Shown here: in pieces, positions 1-11,149 of the stretch
Layout: each line of letters opens with the position of its first letter
Position numbering within the stretch: position 1 is the first letter of the stretch
NCBI RefSeq assembly: GCF_001194135.2
Contig: NC_068982.1
Coordinates: 60,392,772 to 60,454,262, forward strand
Direction of reading: 5' to 3'
Source: Octopus bimaculoides
Taxonomy: Eukaryota
DNA length: 61,491 nucleotides
Made by a program: the position numbers and the translations under genes
Notes under the pieces: model-generated
The model's input: the letters and a program-made list of their open reading frames with translations, nothing else
Told to the model about the DNA's origin: nothing
Databases searched by the model: none

Positions 1-125
1 ACGTCCCTTAGGTATTCGGTGAAACGGTCGGCCAGCCGGCGGCCCGTCTGCCCCACGTAGAGTTGGTTGCATAGGGTGCATTTGATGCAGTAAATAAGGT
101 TGGAGGAGGTGCAGGTGAAACTGTG
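1..125 (-). mobile_element. Penelope-like element GIY-YIG endonuclease fragment (runs off the window start)
   Basis: Minus strand reads HSFTCTSSNLIYCIKCTLCNQLYVGQTGRRLADRFTEYLRD, the PLE GIY-YIG signature (IY..C..C...YVG.TGR.L..RF.EH). GC/CpG-rich relative to the flanks. Confidence 0.85.
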
Positions 126-160
126 TGGAATGTATATATATATATATACATACATATATA

Positions 161-324
161 CGACGGGCTTCTTTCAGTTTCCATCTACCAAATCCACTCA
201 CAAGGCTTTGGTCGGCCCGAGGCTATAGTAGAAGACACTTGCCCAAGGTGCCACGCAGTGGGACTGAACCCAGGACCATGTGGTTGGTAAGCAAGCTACT
301 TACCACACAGCCACTCCTGCGCCT
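161..324 (-). mobile_element. tRNA-derived SINE head (family 1)
   Basis: Reverse complement is AGGCGCAGGAGTGGCTGTGTGGTAAGTAGCTTGCTTACCAACCACATGGTCCTGGGTTCAGTCCCACTGCGTGGCACC..., with A/B-box-like motifs; many similar copies in the window. Confidence 0.85.
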
Positions 325-734
325 ATCTATTTATATGTCTATCTATTTTTTTATGTATCTACATCCATCTATTTATCTACCTATCTATCTATCTATCCAT
401 CTATCTATTTGTCTATCTATCTATCTATCTATTTATCTATCTATCTAATCAGTCTAATTTTGGGTGACATGGTTTTTAAAATAATGTTCCTCAACTGAAT
501 AACTTTTATTATTTATTATCTTTTACATACACTTAGGATTTTGCTTTTTTTTTATATATCTTCAACTGGTAATCAAGAGCCAAATAGTTTATGAAACAAA
601 ATTCTTGTGATAAACCACAATGAAACCTGAAGCGTAAGTGTTTATATAGTGTAAAATTTGAAGTATATGCCTCAATTGCATAAACTAAGTAGTATAAAAA
701 GTAAAAGTCAAATATGATTGAATCTAATTTCTGA

Positions 735-965
735 AGGTGGATGTTGTTAAAACAAAGTTGCTAGACTAAAGAAGGGTGGAACAATTTCAAGGTGCTGTTG
801 TTTCTGTTGGCAACAAAAAGTTTCTCTTTTTATGTGAAGACTAGATAATAAGAAGCAGATGTAAAAGTTGCAATGCTGTAAGATATTGACATTGAATGTG
901 GAAGTTCTGCAGAAGTTGGAGGCAAGCATGATGCATTGGCTGTGTAACAGTGACTTACAAGAAAG
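735..965 (+). mobile_element. Decayed RTE-type LINE fragment (post-RT region)
   Basis: Reads GWNNFKVLLFLLATKSFSFYVKTR**EADVKVAML then LNVEVLQKLEASMMHWLCN, resembling the RTE C-terminal segment (W..F..L..LL...GLS...KG.LY...V...ML...E.W.......LE..E..MLRWMC). Confidence 0.6.
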
Positions 966-1120
966 GTAAAGTATAAGTTAACTAACAGAGGGAAAGAAAC
1001 AGAGACAGAGAGACAGAGAGAGACAGAGGCAAGCAAGCAGACAGATACAGAGAAACAGAGAGCAGTTGAGCACATTATGTGTACAAGAGATGACTGTACT
1101 GATAAAGATGTATTATTTAA

Positions 1121-1333
1121 CCCTTTAGCATTTAAACCAAATCTGGCACAAATATTCTACCTGTTTTATGTACAAACTGGCCAGATACAGGCTTTCAAAC
1201 CTACTCTACAATGCCATTGTAAACATATGCAATCTCATCAAAATTTTGAAGTTATGAAATAATGCAGGATTAATTCCAAACAATGTGAATAAACAAGCAT
1301 TACATTTGACAGAATAATCTGAATGCTAAAGGA
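1121..1333. mobile_element. piggyBac-type MITE
   Basis: TTAA|CCCTTTAGCATT ... AATGCTAAAGGA|TTAA terminal inverted repeats with TTAA on both sides; related copies near 49150-49360 and at 57534-57743. Confidence 0.75.
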
Positions 1334-1546
1334 TTAAATAGATGTTGGAGACTGTTGGTGAAGAATATGAATGTGAAACTGAGGTAGGTGAGAGGAGGAC
1401 AAACCTCAAACTTGTGGGCCTCATAGAATAGTTGAAAAGCAACCACACTGAGTGGAAACCTGATCTATGGCAGGATTCAAACTAAGCTTGTAAACCAGAA
1501 GATGAACCACATTGCCATCATTATTCTGTTAGCACTCTATTTAAAT

Positions 1547-1895
1547 CAGGGGTTCTTAACCATTTTTTATCTATGGACCCCTTTGATTACTATTTTATTC
1601 TGATGGACTCCCAAAGCTATTCAGTGTTTAAAAACTAGTTTTGTAGAAATTTCTTTCAAAATTCCTATTTTGTTTTTCACATAGTCACTTGTATAGGTTG
1701 AACTATGTAAAATGTTAGGGAAAGAAACCTAGCTGCTTCTTGTGATACATACCAATGCATACATCTGAAACAAATTTTTTTCAGGACCCCTTGAAATACT
1801 ATTGTGGATCCCCAATTCACTATTTTGTTGCATGGACCACCAAAAATCTTATATGGACCCTCAGGGGTCATATGAATCCCAGGTGAGAACAACTG
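1547..1895. mobile_element. hAT-type MITE
   Basis: Ends CAGGGGTTCTTAACC / GGTGAGAACAACTG; exact 8-bp target-site duplication ATTTAAAT at 1539-1546 and 1896-1903; internal GGACCCC subrepeats. Confidence 0.8.
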
Positions 1896-2039
1896 ATTTA
1901 AATGATGATATTTATACACACACACACACACACACACACACAAAGACACACATAAATATTTTCCTCACACACACACACACATGAATACCTATGTGTGTGT
2001 GTGTGCATGCGCATGTGCGTGTGTGTGTATGTGTGCATT

Positions 2040-2757
2040 GCAAAGTTCAAATTAACTGCAATTAACTGCAGGATATGACTGTTGCAAAAAACAACTTTGT
2101 TTGGAACAGCAAGGATTCTAAAGAGGATGTTAGAAAGTTGAAGGAGAAGGAATGACCCACAGGACCTTTTGGCCACAGGATATGGCTTGCTCTTTTGGTA
2201 TAGTGTTGGTATAACATCTAACATAGTAAATGCATACAAGAAACAATAATAGTAATGATTGTAGTAGAATTAGAGATCTGTATTCAGTCAAAGAAGAAAC
2301 AATATTTTGGTATAATTCAGTAGTTAGTTAAAGGGACAAACTTAAGCAATGTCAGTCTGTTTAGCTAACTACATGAATAATGAGTGTTAATGTGTCAGTT
2401 GGAATTTTTAGATGCCAACTTCAGTAGTTGTTCATCTTTATTAAATCTAGTACTTATCATATTGATCCAGTAAGTCACAAGTGATAAACACAGGGTGCAA
2501 TTTTTCAAATGGTGTCATTGTAAAGACACACATGAAACCAAACACATACTCTTACACACTTGTACACTCATGCACATACACACATACATATACAAGCATA
2601 TGTACAATAGGCTTGCACAGTTTTCATCTATTAATTTCACTCATGATGTTATAATAGAAAACATTTGCTCAGGATGTCAAGCAGTGAGATCAAACCTAAA
2701 ACAACATATGGTTACAATATGGGCTTCTTAATCACACAGCCATGCAAGCATTTATAT

Positions 2758-2804
<47 letters not shown>

Positions 2805-2865
2805 ACAAATATATATACATATCTATTTGCATGTGTGTGTGTATGTGTGTGTGTGTGTGTGTATG

Positions 2866-2913
<48 letters not shown>

Positions 2914-3500
2914 TGTGCCTGTGTGACGAGAAGCCTGCAACCACATGGCTCCAGGTTCAGTTCTATTGCATAGCACCTTGGGAAAGAATTTTCTATTGTA
3001 GCCTCAGGCTGGCCAAAGCCTTGTGAGCAGATATGCTTGATAGAAATTGAAAAGAAGTACTTCATGTGTGTGTATGTGTGTCTGTGTGTGTGTTTGTTCG
3101 TCACCATCACTTGACATCTGTTGTTATGTTTATATCTCTGTAACTTAGTGGTTCATCAAAAGAAGCTGATAGAATAAGGACCAGGTTTAAAGACGAAGGA
3201 CAGTGGTTGGTTCATTTGACGAAAAAATTCTTTCGGGCAGTGCCCCAGCATGGCCACGGCCTCATGACTGAAAGAAGTAAAGGAAGGAGATAAGAGATCC
3301 ACACACACACACACACGTGTACATTAAAAATTAAATGAAAATTACCTCAGAAACTGCTATTCTTGTCTTGGAAAGAAATGAGTTATTTTCAAATGTCACC
3401 AGATATTCACTGTGAAGGAAATTTCAGAATTTAATATATCTAAATTTATTATCTACACCACATGTTCCTATATTTCATTGCTACATTAATCAGATGACTG
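2040..3500 (-). pseudogene. Class-B (adhesion/Methuselah-like) GPCR remnant A
   Basis: TM1-TM3-like text at 2040-2290 (TIITIIVSCMHLLC.. / LYQKSKPYPVAKRSCGSFLLLQLSNILF..NKVVFCN); ectodomain-like SEYLVTFENNSFL at about 3350-3420; SINE inserted between. By-eye similarity only. Confidence 0.45.
2908..3290 (+). mobile_element. Family-1 SINE, full bipartite copy
   Basis: tRNA-like head, internal (TG)n, then the 3' module (...CTTGACA...GTAACTTAG...GAATAAG...CCAGCATGGCC...TGACTGAAA...GTAAAAG). Confidence 0.8.
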
Positions 3501-4247
3501 ATAAAAGACAACCCTTATAACTATTTAAATTGTTGGACAGCTAACAGAATTTAGTCTGCCTTAAGCTGGTTCAAAGGGCTTTGACCTTCAGATCACTTCT
3601 AACTCTGACTTTTGCTTACAATCAGATTATATGCATTTATATTGACTGTTGTATAAACTTGTACATTTTCTAAATTCCTAAATTCCTGTCTGAATGAAAT
3701 AGGGATAAAATGTAGAGTTTTAGAGTTGCATAATAAATTTTAATCCAAGACATCAAGTCTTGAAAGTAGACCTGACATGTCCTTTTAATACCTCATCTAC
3801 TTTGTCAGCAAATCACTTTCTCACTATGTCACTCCATCTCTCTTTCATTTTCTGTCTCTCATTAACACTTTATCTTCCAGTTCGTTATCTTTATCTTCTT
3901 TTCTATTCTCTGTGTTTCTCCATGTCTTCTGTTAATGAAGATTAAGTATTCTATCACAAGTTGACTTAGTGTTTCTAAATCAAGAATACCGCTGTGTTTA
4001 CATAACACAAATTCCCTAAAAGATTCAACAGGTAAATATTTACAAATTTTTAAAATTTCAAACTCTACATGTTAACGCTAAGTACTTTTGATCAAAATAA
4101 ATTCAATAACTCCACTCAGAAGGCTTTAGACAGCTTGGAGCTATAGTAAAAGATACTTGCCCAAGTTGCTTTGCAGTAGAACTGAAACCAAAACTTCATG
4201 GTTAGAATGCAATTTCCTTATCCACACAGCCATGCCTGTACCTAGAA

Positions 4248-5800
4248 ATACAGGTTTTCCTCAAAATGTGTAAACACTTTAACAACTGATAACTCACTTA
4301 ATTTTCATTTCTTTTTAAAATTTCGGTTTTGTATTTTGTTTGCAAGATACTTTATGTGAATTCATGTGTTAAAACAAATTTTGTTGTCTTGGGAGAGTCA
4401 TTACGCCAATATTAATAACACACACACACACTGGTTCAATTCCACTCCTTTATTATTAGTCAGTTGGTTAAATATCTATTGAACTAATTGATTGCTTGTT
4501 TAACTTGTAGGTTAAACCAATTGACCAATAATAAAGGAGTGAAGTCGAAGTGCTGTTTGTGTTATTAATATTGGCATAATGAATCTCCCAAGACAGCAAA
4601 ATTTTCAGAATTTACCTATTAGAAATAATGAAGGAAACCAGACTAAGCTTTGAACTGTCAAAATTTGCACGAAAGTGCTACTGGAAGTTTGAAAAAGCAG
4701 TTGAAGTGCAAAGACAATTTAGAAGGAAGTTTCAAAGAGATTTACCTTTGTGACTTTTCATCACTTGAATTATAGATAAATGTGCAGAAGATGGAACAAT
4801 TCAGAATGTCCATAAAAAATTGTTCTGGAAGACCTCAGACATCGATGAGCCCCACAAAGTAAGAAAGCCTACTGTAAACATTCTGCTAAAGTCCTTAAAA
4901 AAAATCTTATTGACAAGTAAATCAAGAGATAAGAATTTCAAAATCAAGCATCCATTAGATTTTAAAGCACTAATATTGGAAAAGATATATTCCAAAAATA
5001 GACCACACTCTCAATGAAGATGATCTGGACTGAAGAGTGGTGTTTTGTGAGTGATACTTCCATAAGATGTAAAGACGATGCACACTTTGCAACAAATACT
5101 GTTTATAGTGATAAGGCTGTATTTAAATTAAATATCTCAATTTAGCCCCACCAATTTTGCCTACTGAGGACCTGGAAATCCACATATTATGAAGGAACAT
5201 CTAATTAATATTAATTTACCAGGAGTTACAATATGGTATGATTATCATCAAAAGGATTAAAAAGACCATTCTTTTTTAATAGTATTATGACTGACCCCAT
5301 TTAGTTGAACTTAATGTGACATTATATTTTCCTATACACTGAATAAGGCTTTGAAGATGTGGTGGTTTATTTCTAGCATGCTGAGTACCCCACACTACCT
5401 CAGATATGCAAGAGCTTATCTTGATGAGATTTTGACGAACTAGAGGATTAGACAAAGAGATTCAGTTGAATACTTTCCATGTTCACTGGACTTCACATCT
5501 CTACACTTTTATTTAAGTGGGGTTTATAGTAGAGAGCCAGCAACAGTTGGTGAATTGAGAGCAGCCATTAAATGAGAATACAGACAAATACCAAACAAAA
5601 CGTTACGTGATCTTTTCGATTTCATTGTTTTGTCTTACCATCAGTACCTGAACCAGAATGGTCATTAGAATGAATACAGACATTCATTCTAATGACATTC
5701 ATAAAAAACTGAAATATCACTATCGGTTCTATTAATGTTTGAAAATGGAATGTATTTTAATAAAGACTGACTTTATAACCATTCAATGTGTTTATTCTTT
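4248..5800 (+). mobile_element. Decayed Tc1/mariner-superfamily transposon
   Basis: From ATG 4628: MKETRLSFELSKFARKCYWKFEKAVEVQRQFRRKFQ...DGTIQNVHK..SGRP; then SDKAVFKLN, NLPGVTIW, PFFF and C-terminal PATVGELRAAI..EYRQIPNKTLRDLFDFIV....LNQNGH; many stops and frameshifts. Left end starts TACAGG; right end uncertain. Confidence 0.8.
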
Positions 5801-5868
5801 TATTCTTCTATACGTTTTACCCCAAAAGCTGTAGCCATGCAGGGGCACAGCTAGTAAAAGTAGTTTTA

Positions 5869-5950
5869 CTATCACCAATAAGATTCAAACCTATGCAGGA
5901 GACCCCAATGGGTTTCTAGTCCATCATCTTAACCACTCAGCCATGGTGAA
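5869..5950 (-). tRNA. tRNA-Ser(AGA) pseudogene
   Basis: TTCACCATGGCTGAGTGGTTAAGATGATGGACTAGAAACCCATTGGGGTCTCCTGCATAGGTTTGAATCTTATTGGTGATAG: 82 nt, AGA anticodon, long variable arm, acceptor stem TCACCA/TGGTGA. B-box GTTCGA has become GTTTGA and the anticodon stem has a mismatch. Confidence 0.75.
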
Positions 5951-5989
5951 TATACATTTTTGTGGGAGAAAATAGCGTTTATATAATGT

Positions 5990-6577
5990 ACAATACGATG
6001 TAAATGAGGAAAAAATGAAATTTAGATATTACAAAGGAGAAACAATAATTACTTCTACACTTTAGTGTGCAGATAAAGAATGGGGAGTCTCATGAAGAGT
6101 CATTTCAAAGTTTGTTGACCACTCTTCAGAGAAGGTGTTCCCAGTTGTCAACAACAGAATATCCAGCCAGGTTTTCTAATATTAAATTTTATTCTAGTTC
6201 TTCCAGGTCATACTATGTTGTGCATAAAATATATGTTGCTTAATTAATGACAAACCATACAAACCACAAATACATGTACCAAGTTATCCATTATAGTACT
6301 AGTGTAACTCCAGTTTGCTTTATAAAATAACTAAATAAACTATAATAATGATTGTGGAAGGAAGCCAAGTAAATCTTCTCTGAGGAGCAGTCAGCAAACC
6401 ATGAAATAGGCTGTCAGGAAACCTCTCACTCTTTGAACCTGCACATCAAAAACAAAAGGGCAAGATGAAAGTGTTTACCTTCTTATTTCATCTACATCTA
6501 GGCTTTGTTATATTTAAAGATAGATAGAAAGTCAGACAGATAGTTAGGCAGACACACACACACACACACACACGCAC

Positions 6578-6644
<67 letters not shown>

Positions 6645-6950
6645 GATATGTATTTGTGTGTGTATATATGTATGAAAGTATGTATGCATGAATATGCATA
6701 TATTTTTGATATGACGCCTTATTCTTAAGGTAGGAGGTTATGTGAAGATGTAGCATTCATACTGTCTTCAGGCAATTACATAACAGTCATTAATTGAATG
6801 AATGCCAACTGAGGATGAAAACCATATTTAAGATTTAGTTCTTTGAGAATTTACCACTTCACATGTCTACCAAAGCAATGGAGAATATTTAATGGAAAGA
6901 AATTATAGAATTCTTATGACACCTGGAATTTGCTGGGCTTTAGCTTAAAT
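5990..6950 (-). pseudogene. Class-B GPCR remnant B
   Basis: HVFVVCMVCH*LSNIYFMHNIV*PGRT (TM1 plus the PG of the LRxLPG loop), WLDILLLTTGN (TM2-like), FFICTL..NYCFSFVI (TM3-like); IFSIALVD ectodomain-like motif near 6880. Tentative. Confidence 0.35.
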
Positions 6951-7644
6951 AGATGACTCAAGTGCAAGTAAATGCATTAATTATAAAAAGCAAAGCATGT
7001 CTTACAAGCAGAGTAATATGTTGCTCATCAGCAGCAAGTTTGGGGGACTCATTAGCAATTAAATGCGTAGTTATATGATATCAGTGTCAGGAATATAGTG
7101 TGGAATGTTTGTAAAATGTAATTGAAGCAAGAAGAAAATATAGAAAATTATTAAATAAGTAGCTCGGAGGGAATATAATGTAAATCTAAGAAATAATTTA
7201 AAGACAGTGGTGAGAATAGAGAAAACCCAATACTATAGAACAAAGTATAGCCAACCATCACTTGTGAGTAAGTATGACTTGGTAATATGTGCCATGCTTT
7301 CATTAATCGTTTTTAGTGCTCATGTAGTCATGAGCCACCAGCTACACTCTCTCATCCTTCTCTATTTTGTCTCAGCTTCACATTCAGAATGTGACTGTTA
7401 GATGGATAAGAGGAGGATTTTAATAGTACTCATGTGATATTACAACTCTTCTCATAACAGTTGAGTAGAGTGGGACAACATGAAATGAAGTCTCTTGTGC
7501 AAGAGTACAACATATCTTTGGTTCTGGAACTGAGCCTATGGCTTTACAATCATGAATCAGATACTCTAACTGCCAGGCCAGATGTCTTCTACAAGTTGCT
7601 ATGATCATGTAATGCTTATTGATGACATTATTAGACATGGAAGA

Positions 7645-7860
7645 ATGGCAGTGAGCTGGCAGAATCATTAGAGTGCTGGACATAAATGCTTAATAGTATT
7701 TTGTCCATCTTTACCTTCTGAGTTCAAATTCTGCTGAAGTTGATTTTTCCTTTCATTCTTTTGGGGTCGATAAAATAAGTAGCAGTGGAATCCCAGGGTC
7801 GTTGTAATTGACTTGATTACCCCTAAAATTTTAGGCCTTGTGCCTATAGTAGAAAGGATT
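7645..7860 (+). mobile_element. tRNA-derived SINE (family 2) with Nin/Deu-like core
   Basis: GGCAGTGAGCTGGCAGAATCATTAG...GAGTTCAAATTC...CCTTTCATTCTTTTGGGGTCGATAAAATAAGTA; further copies at about 18880-19030(-), 20620-20700(-), 28625-28812(-), 30385-30600(+), 34375-34580(-), 47290-47470(+). Confidence 0.75.
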
Positions 7861-8299
7861 ATTCAATATGGAAGATCTAGAGAGGCTATGAACATCCTTA
7901 ATGGAATGATTCTTGTCTTTATATTATAATATCAAACATGATTAAATTCATCTTAATAGGCAAACATTCAGAAATCAATAATGAAATAAAGGATTTTTTT
8001 TCTGAAAAATCCTTTAGTTCCATTTCCAAAACTTTCTCAACCATTTGAAAATTAAAATAAAACATGTACAGAAATATTTATCTGCCTTTAATTTTATCTT
8101 TTATTAGTTTCAGTCAATGGACTGCAGCCATGTTGGCATGCTGCCTTGAAGGGTTTAATCCAACAAATCGACCCTTCTGCTTATCTTTTTTAAACTTGAT
8201 ACTTATTTTATCACTCTCTTTCAAGACTAAGTAAATGAACATAAACAAATCAATGATAGTTTGTCAAATGGTGGCAGAAGACAAACACAAAGACACTTT

Positions 8300-8660
8300 C
8301 ATTCTGATTTTCCCTTTTTTGTTTCCAGTCCCATAGGACATTTTCCTTTCTTTTGCATTACCCATATATTCATCTCTCTTAACAGCTACATGCCTTTATT
8401 TTGTTTATATGCTATATATTTATTGAATATTGATTGTATATTCACATTTGTATTGTGTTTGTTTTTTGTTACTGCCCTCAATGCTCACATGCTATTCCCA
8501 GCAGCTTCTTACTGCTTACACCATCAAAAGTGAACAACATTATCATTACAGGCCTGAAATTGTAAGGATCTTTCTTGACAATAACTGACGAGGAATAAGC
8601 AACATCCTGTCTTGTAAGTGATTTTTCCATTTGTTCCATTGTGTTTCTGTTTAAATTTTG
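8300..8660 (+). pseudogene. Class-B GPCR remnant C (TM3-TM5)
   Basis: Hydrophobic ORF 8261-8533 (GHFPFFCITHIFISLNSYM...ALNAHMLFPAASYC), then YRPEIVRIFLD (ECL2-like) and VIFPFVPLCFCLNFGN (TM5-like F..P......N). Confidence 0.4.
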
Positions 8661-8696
8661 GAAATCGTTCTTTTTACTTCTCTCTCTCTCTCTCTG

Positions 8697-8860
8697 AGTG
8701 GTTGGCGTTAGGAAGGGCATCCAGCTGTAGAAACTCTGCCAAATTAGATTGGAGCCTGGTGTTGCCATCCGGTTTCACCAGTCCTCAGTCAAATCGTCCA
8801 ACCCATGCTAGCATGGAAAGCGGACGTTAAATGATGATGATGATGATGATGATGATGATA
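8697..8860 (+). mobile_element. RTE-type 3' tail element ending in (ATG)n
   Basis: GTGGTTGGCGTTAGGAAGGGCATCCAGCTGTAGAAAC...CCAACCCATGCTAGCATGGAAAGCGGACGTTAAATGATGATG; related copies at about 50090-50325 and 57420-57790. Confidence 0.75.
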
Positions 8861-8864
8861 TATA

Positions 8865-9300
8865 TTGTCTTTTCTTTTACTTGTTTCAGTCATTTGACTG
8901 CAGCCATGATGCTGGAGCACCATCTTAAAGGGTTTCAGTTGAAGGAATCGACCCCAGGACTTATTCTTTGTAAGCCTAGTACTCATTCTATCGGTCTCTT
9001 CTGCTGAACTGCTAAGTTATGGGGAACACCAGCATCAGTTGTCAAGCAATGGCAGCAGGGAGGGACAAACACAGACATGCACATAAATATATACATACCA
9101 AATCCATTCACAAGGCTGTGGTCAGCCTGAGGCTATAGCAGAAGCCACTTGCCCATGGTGCCACTTGGTGGAACTGAACCTGGAACCATGTGGTTGGGAA
9201 GCAGGCTGTAGTAGAAGGGACTTGCAGAGATACTGTGCAGTGAGACTGAAGCCAAGACCACATGATTAGGAAGAAAGTTTCTTAACCACACAGACACACC
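8865..9300 (-). mobile_element. Family-1 SINE, bipartite, with an extra head segment
   Basis: Reverse complement of the 3' module (8865-9075) plus two head-like segments (about 9095-9200 and 9200-9300). Confidence 0.7.
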
Positions 9301-10034
9301 TGCACCTGTACAATTTTTATCAAAATCTATATAATATTGCTGATTCAAATGTTCTGTAAATGGCAATATTATTACAAATACGTGCATTTTATTAAAACAT
9401 GGCTAGAAAACATTTCTATGTTAATTTACATTTAGTAAGAAAAATATTTTTGATTTCACAAACCAGTAAAATTGAATTTTTCTGTTTCATTTTGATTTAA
9501 CATCATGAGATTTTCTCACATCACATGCAGCATTTTACATCACATACAGCAATTTACAGGTTGAAATTAGATAATTCAGAATTATTTAGAAGGGTTGAAA
9601 TATTAGAAGCACCCAAAAATTTAATGTAGTGTATATTCATGGATGGCAATAAAATATGTGATTATTTAATATTCATCCACAATAAAGTCAAAACATCAAA
9701 AAGAAGTAAAATAAAGGCCATGGCAGTGTGGTTAATATGTTTCCTTCCCAACCACGTGGTCTAGGGTTCAGTGCACTGCATGACATTTTAGATAAGTGTC
9801 TTCTACTATAGCCTTGGGTTAACCAAAGCCTTGTGCATGAATGTGGTAGATGGAAGCTGGAAGAGGCCTGCCTGGTATTGAACAGATAGTTCAACATGTA
9901 ATTTTTTAATGTCTAAACTTTTCGCTGATTATATTTTGCTCATAACTTATAAATGCAAATTTAATGCATAAATTTGTAATTTATTCAATGAGTACAAATG
10001 GAGACAGATGTTAATATATCCTCTTATTAATTTT

Positions 10035-10071
<37 letters not shown>

Positions 10072-10490
10072 GTGCGTGCGCACACACAGAAAGTAGGGAA
10101 TGGGCTAGATAAAATCCAGGTTACATATGTATCATAGCTCACAGAATCTTGGAAGTAGTAAATTATCCAAACATGGGGTGAACCACAAGCTACTCTTCAG
10201 GTCAAGGATACCTCGATCATATAAAGTTTACATGTCGTTAGGAAATCCTGTGTTAACTCATTGGGGATTTGATTGAAATGCCTGTTGCTAACCATGAACT
10301 ATAAAATCAACTTTTTTCAGCTGAACATATTTCAATAAGGGAAAAATACACAACCTTCTTCTGTGCCAATAAACCACTGTTGTTCCTGAAAGTTGTTTTT
10401 TTTTATATCTTCGGTGGAATTTCTTAGAGCTCACTAACTTCATACAGCTTGGTCCATGGATCTTACCTTAACATATCTATCTATCTATCT

Positions 10491-10640
10491 GTGGCTGTGT
10501 GGTAAGTAGCTTGCTTATGAACCACCATGGTTCCAGGTTCAGTCCCACTGCATGGCACCTTGGGCAAGTGTCTTCTACTATAGCCTTGGGCCGACCAAAG
10601 CCTTGTGAATGGATTTGGTAAACGGAAACTGAAAGAAGCC

Positions 10641-10674
<34 letters not shown>

Positions 10675-11010
10675 NNNNNNNNNNNNNNNNNNNNNNNNNN
10701 NNNNNNNNNNNNNNNNNNNNNNNNNNNNNNNNNNNNNNNNNNNNNNNNNNNNNNNNNNNNATATATGTATGTATGTATGTATGCATGTGTGTGTGTATAT
10801 TTGTGTGTATGTGTTTGTCCCCTCAACATCACTTGACAATCAATGCTGGTGTGTTTGCATCTCTGTAACTTAGCAGTTTAGCAAAAGAGACTGATAGAAT
10901 AAGTACTAGGCTTACAAAGAATAAGTCCTGGGGTCAATTTGCTCGAAAAAAAGAAGGTGCTCCAGCATGGCCACAGTCACATGACTGAAACAAGTAAAAG
11001 AGTAAAAGAG
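10491..11010 (+). mobile_element. Family-1 SINE, bipartite, gap in the internal (TA)n
   Basis: Head 10491-10645, (TA)n plus N-gap, 3' module ending (AGTAAAAG)n. Similar full copies at 13459-13870, 34190-34800, 49466-49825 and 53615-55092; a minus-strand head at 55705-55852. Confidence 0.85.
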
Positions 11011-11012
11011 TG

Positions 11013-11051
<39 letters not shown>

Positions 11052-11149
11052 GGTTACTTGAGTTAGAGGTTAAAATAATCATCTAAGGGACAGAAGTATC
11101 CATTACACTACTGGTATATTACCTATATTTAACCATGGACATACATATT

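Noticed and set aside
3347-3410. 64-nt minus-strand exon with good splice signals (EYLVTFENNSFLSKTRIAVSE)
   Set aside because: No compatible partner exons found; the peptide fits the pre-TM1 ectodomain region of remnant A.
10140-10470. Dynein-intermediate-chain-like FIGTEEG or Polinton polB-like text on the minus strand
   Set aside because: Short chance matches closed by stops. The plus strand has a weak GPCR-ectodomain-like KYTTFFCA, too weak to list as a feature.
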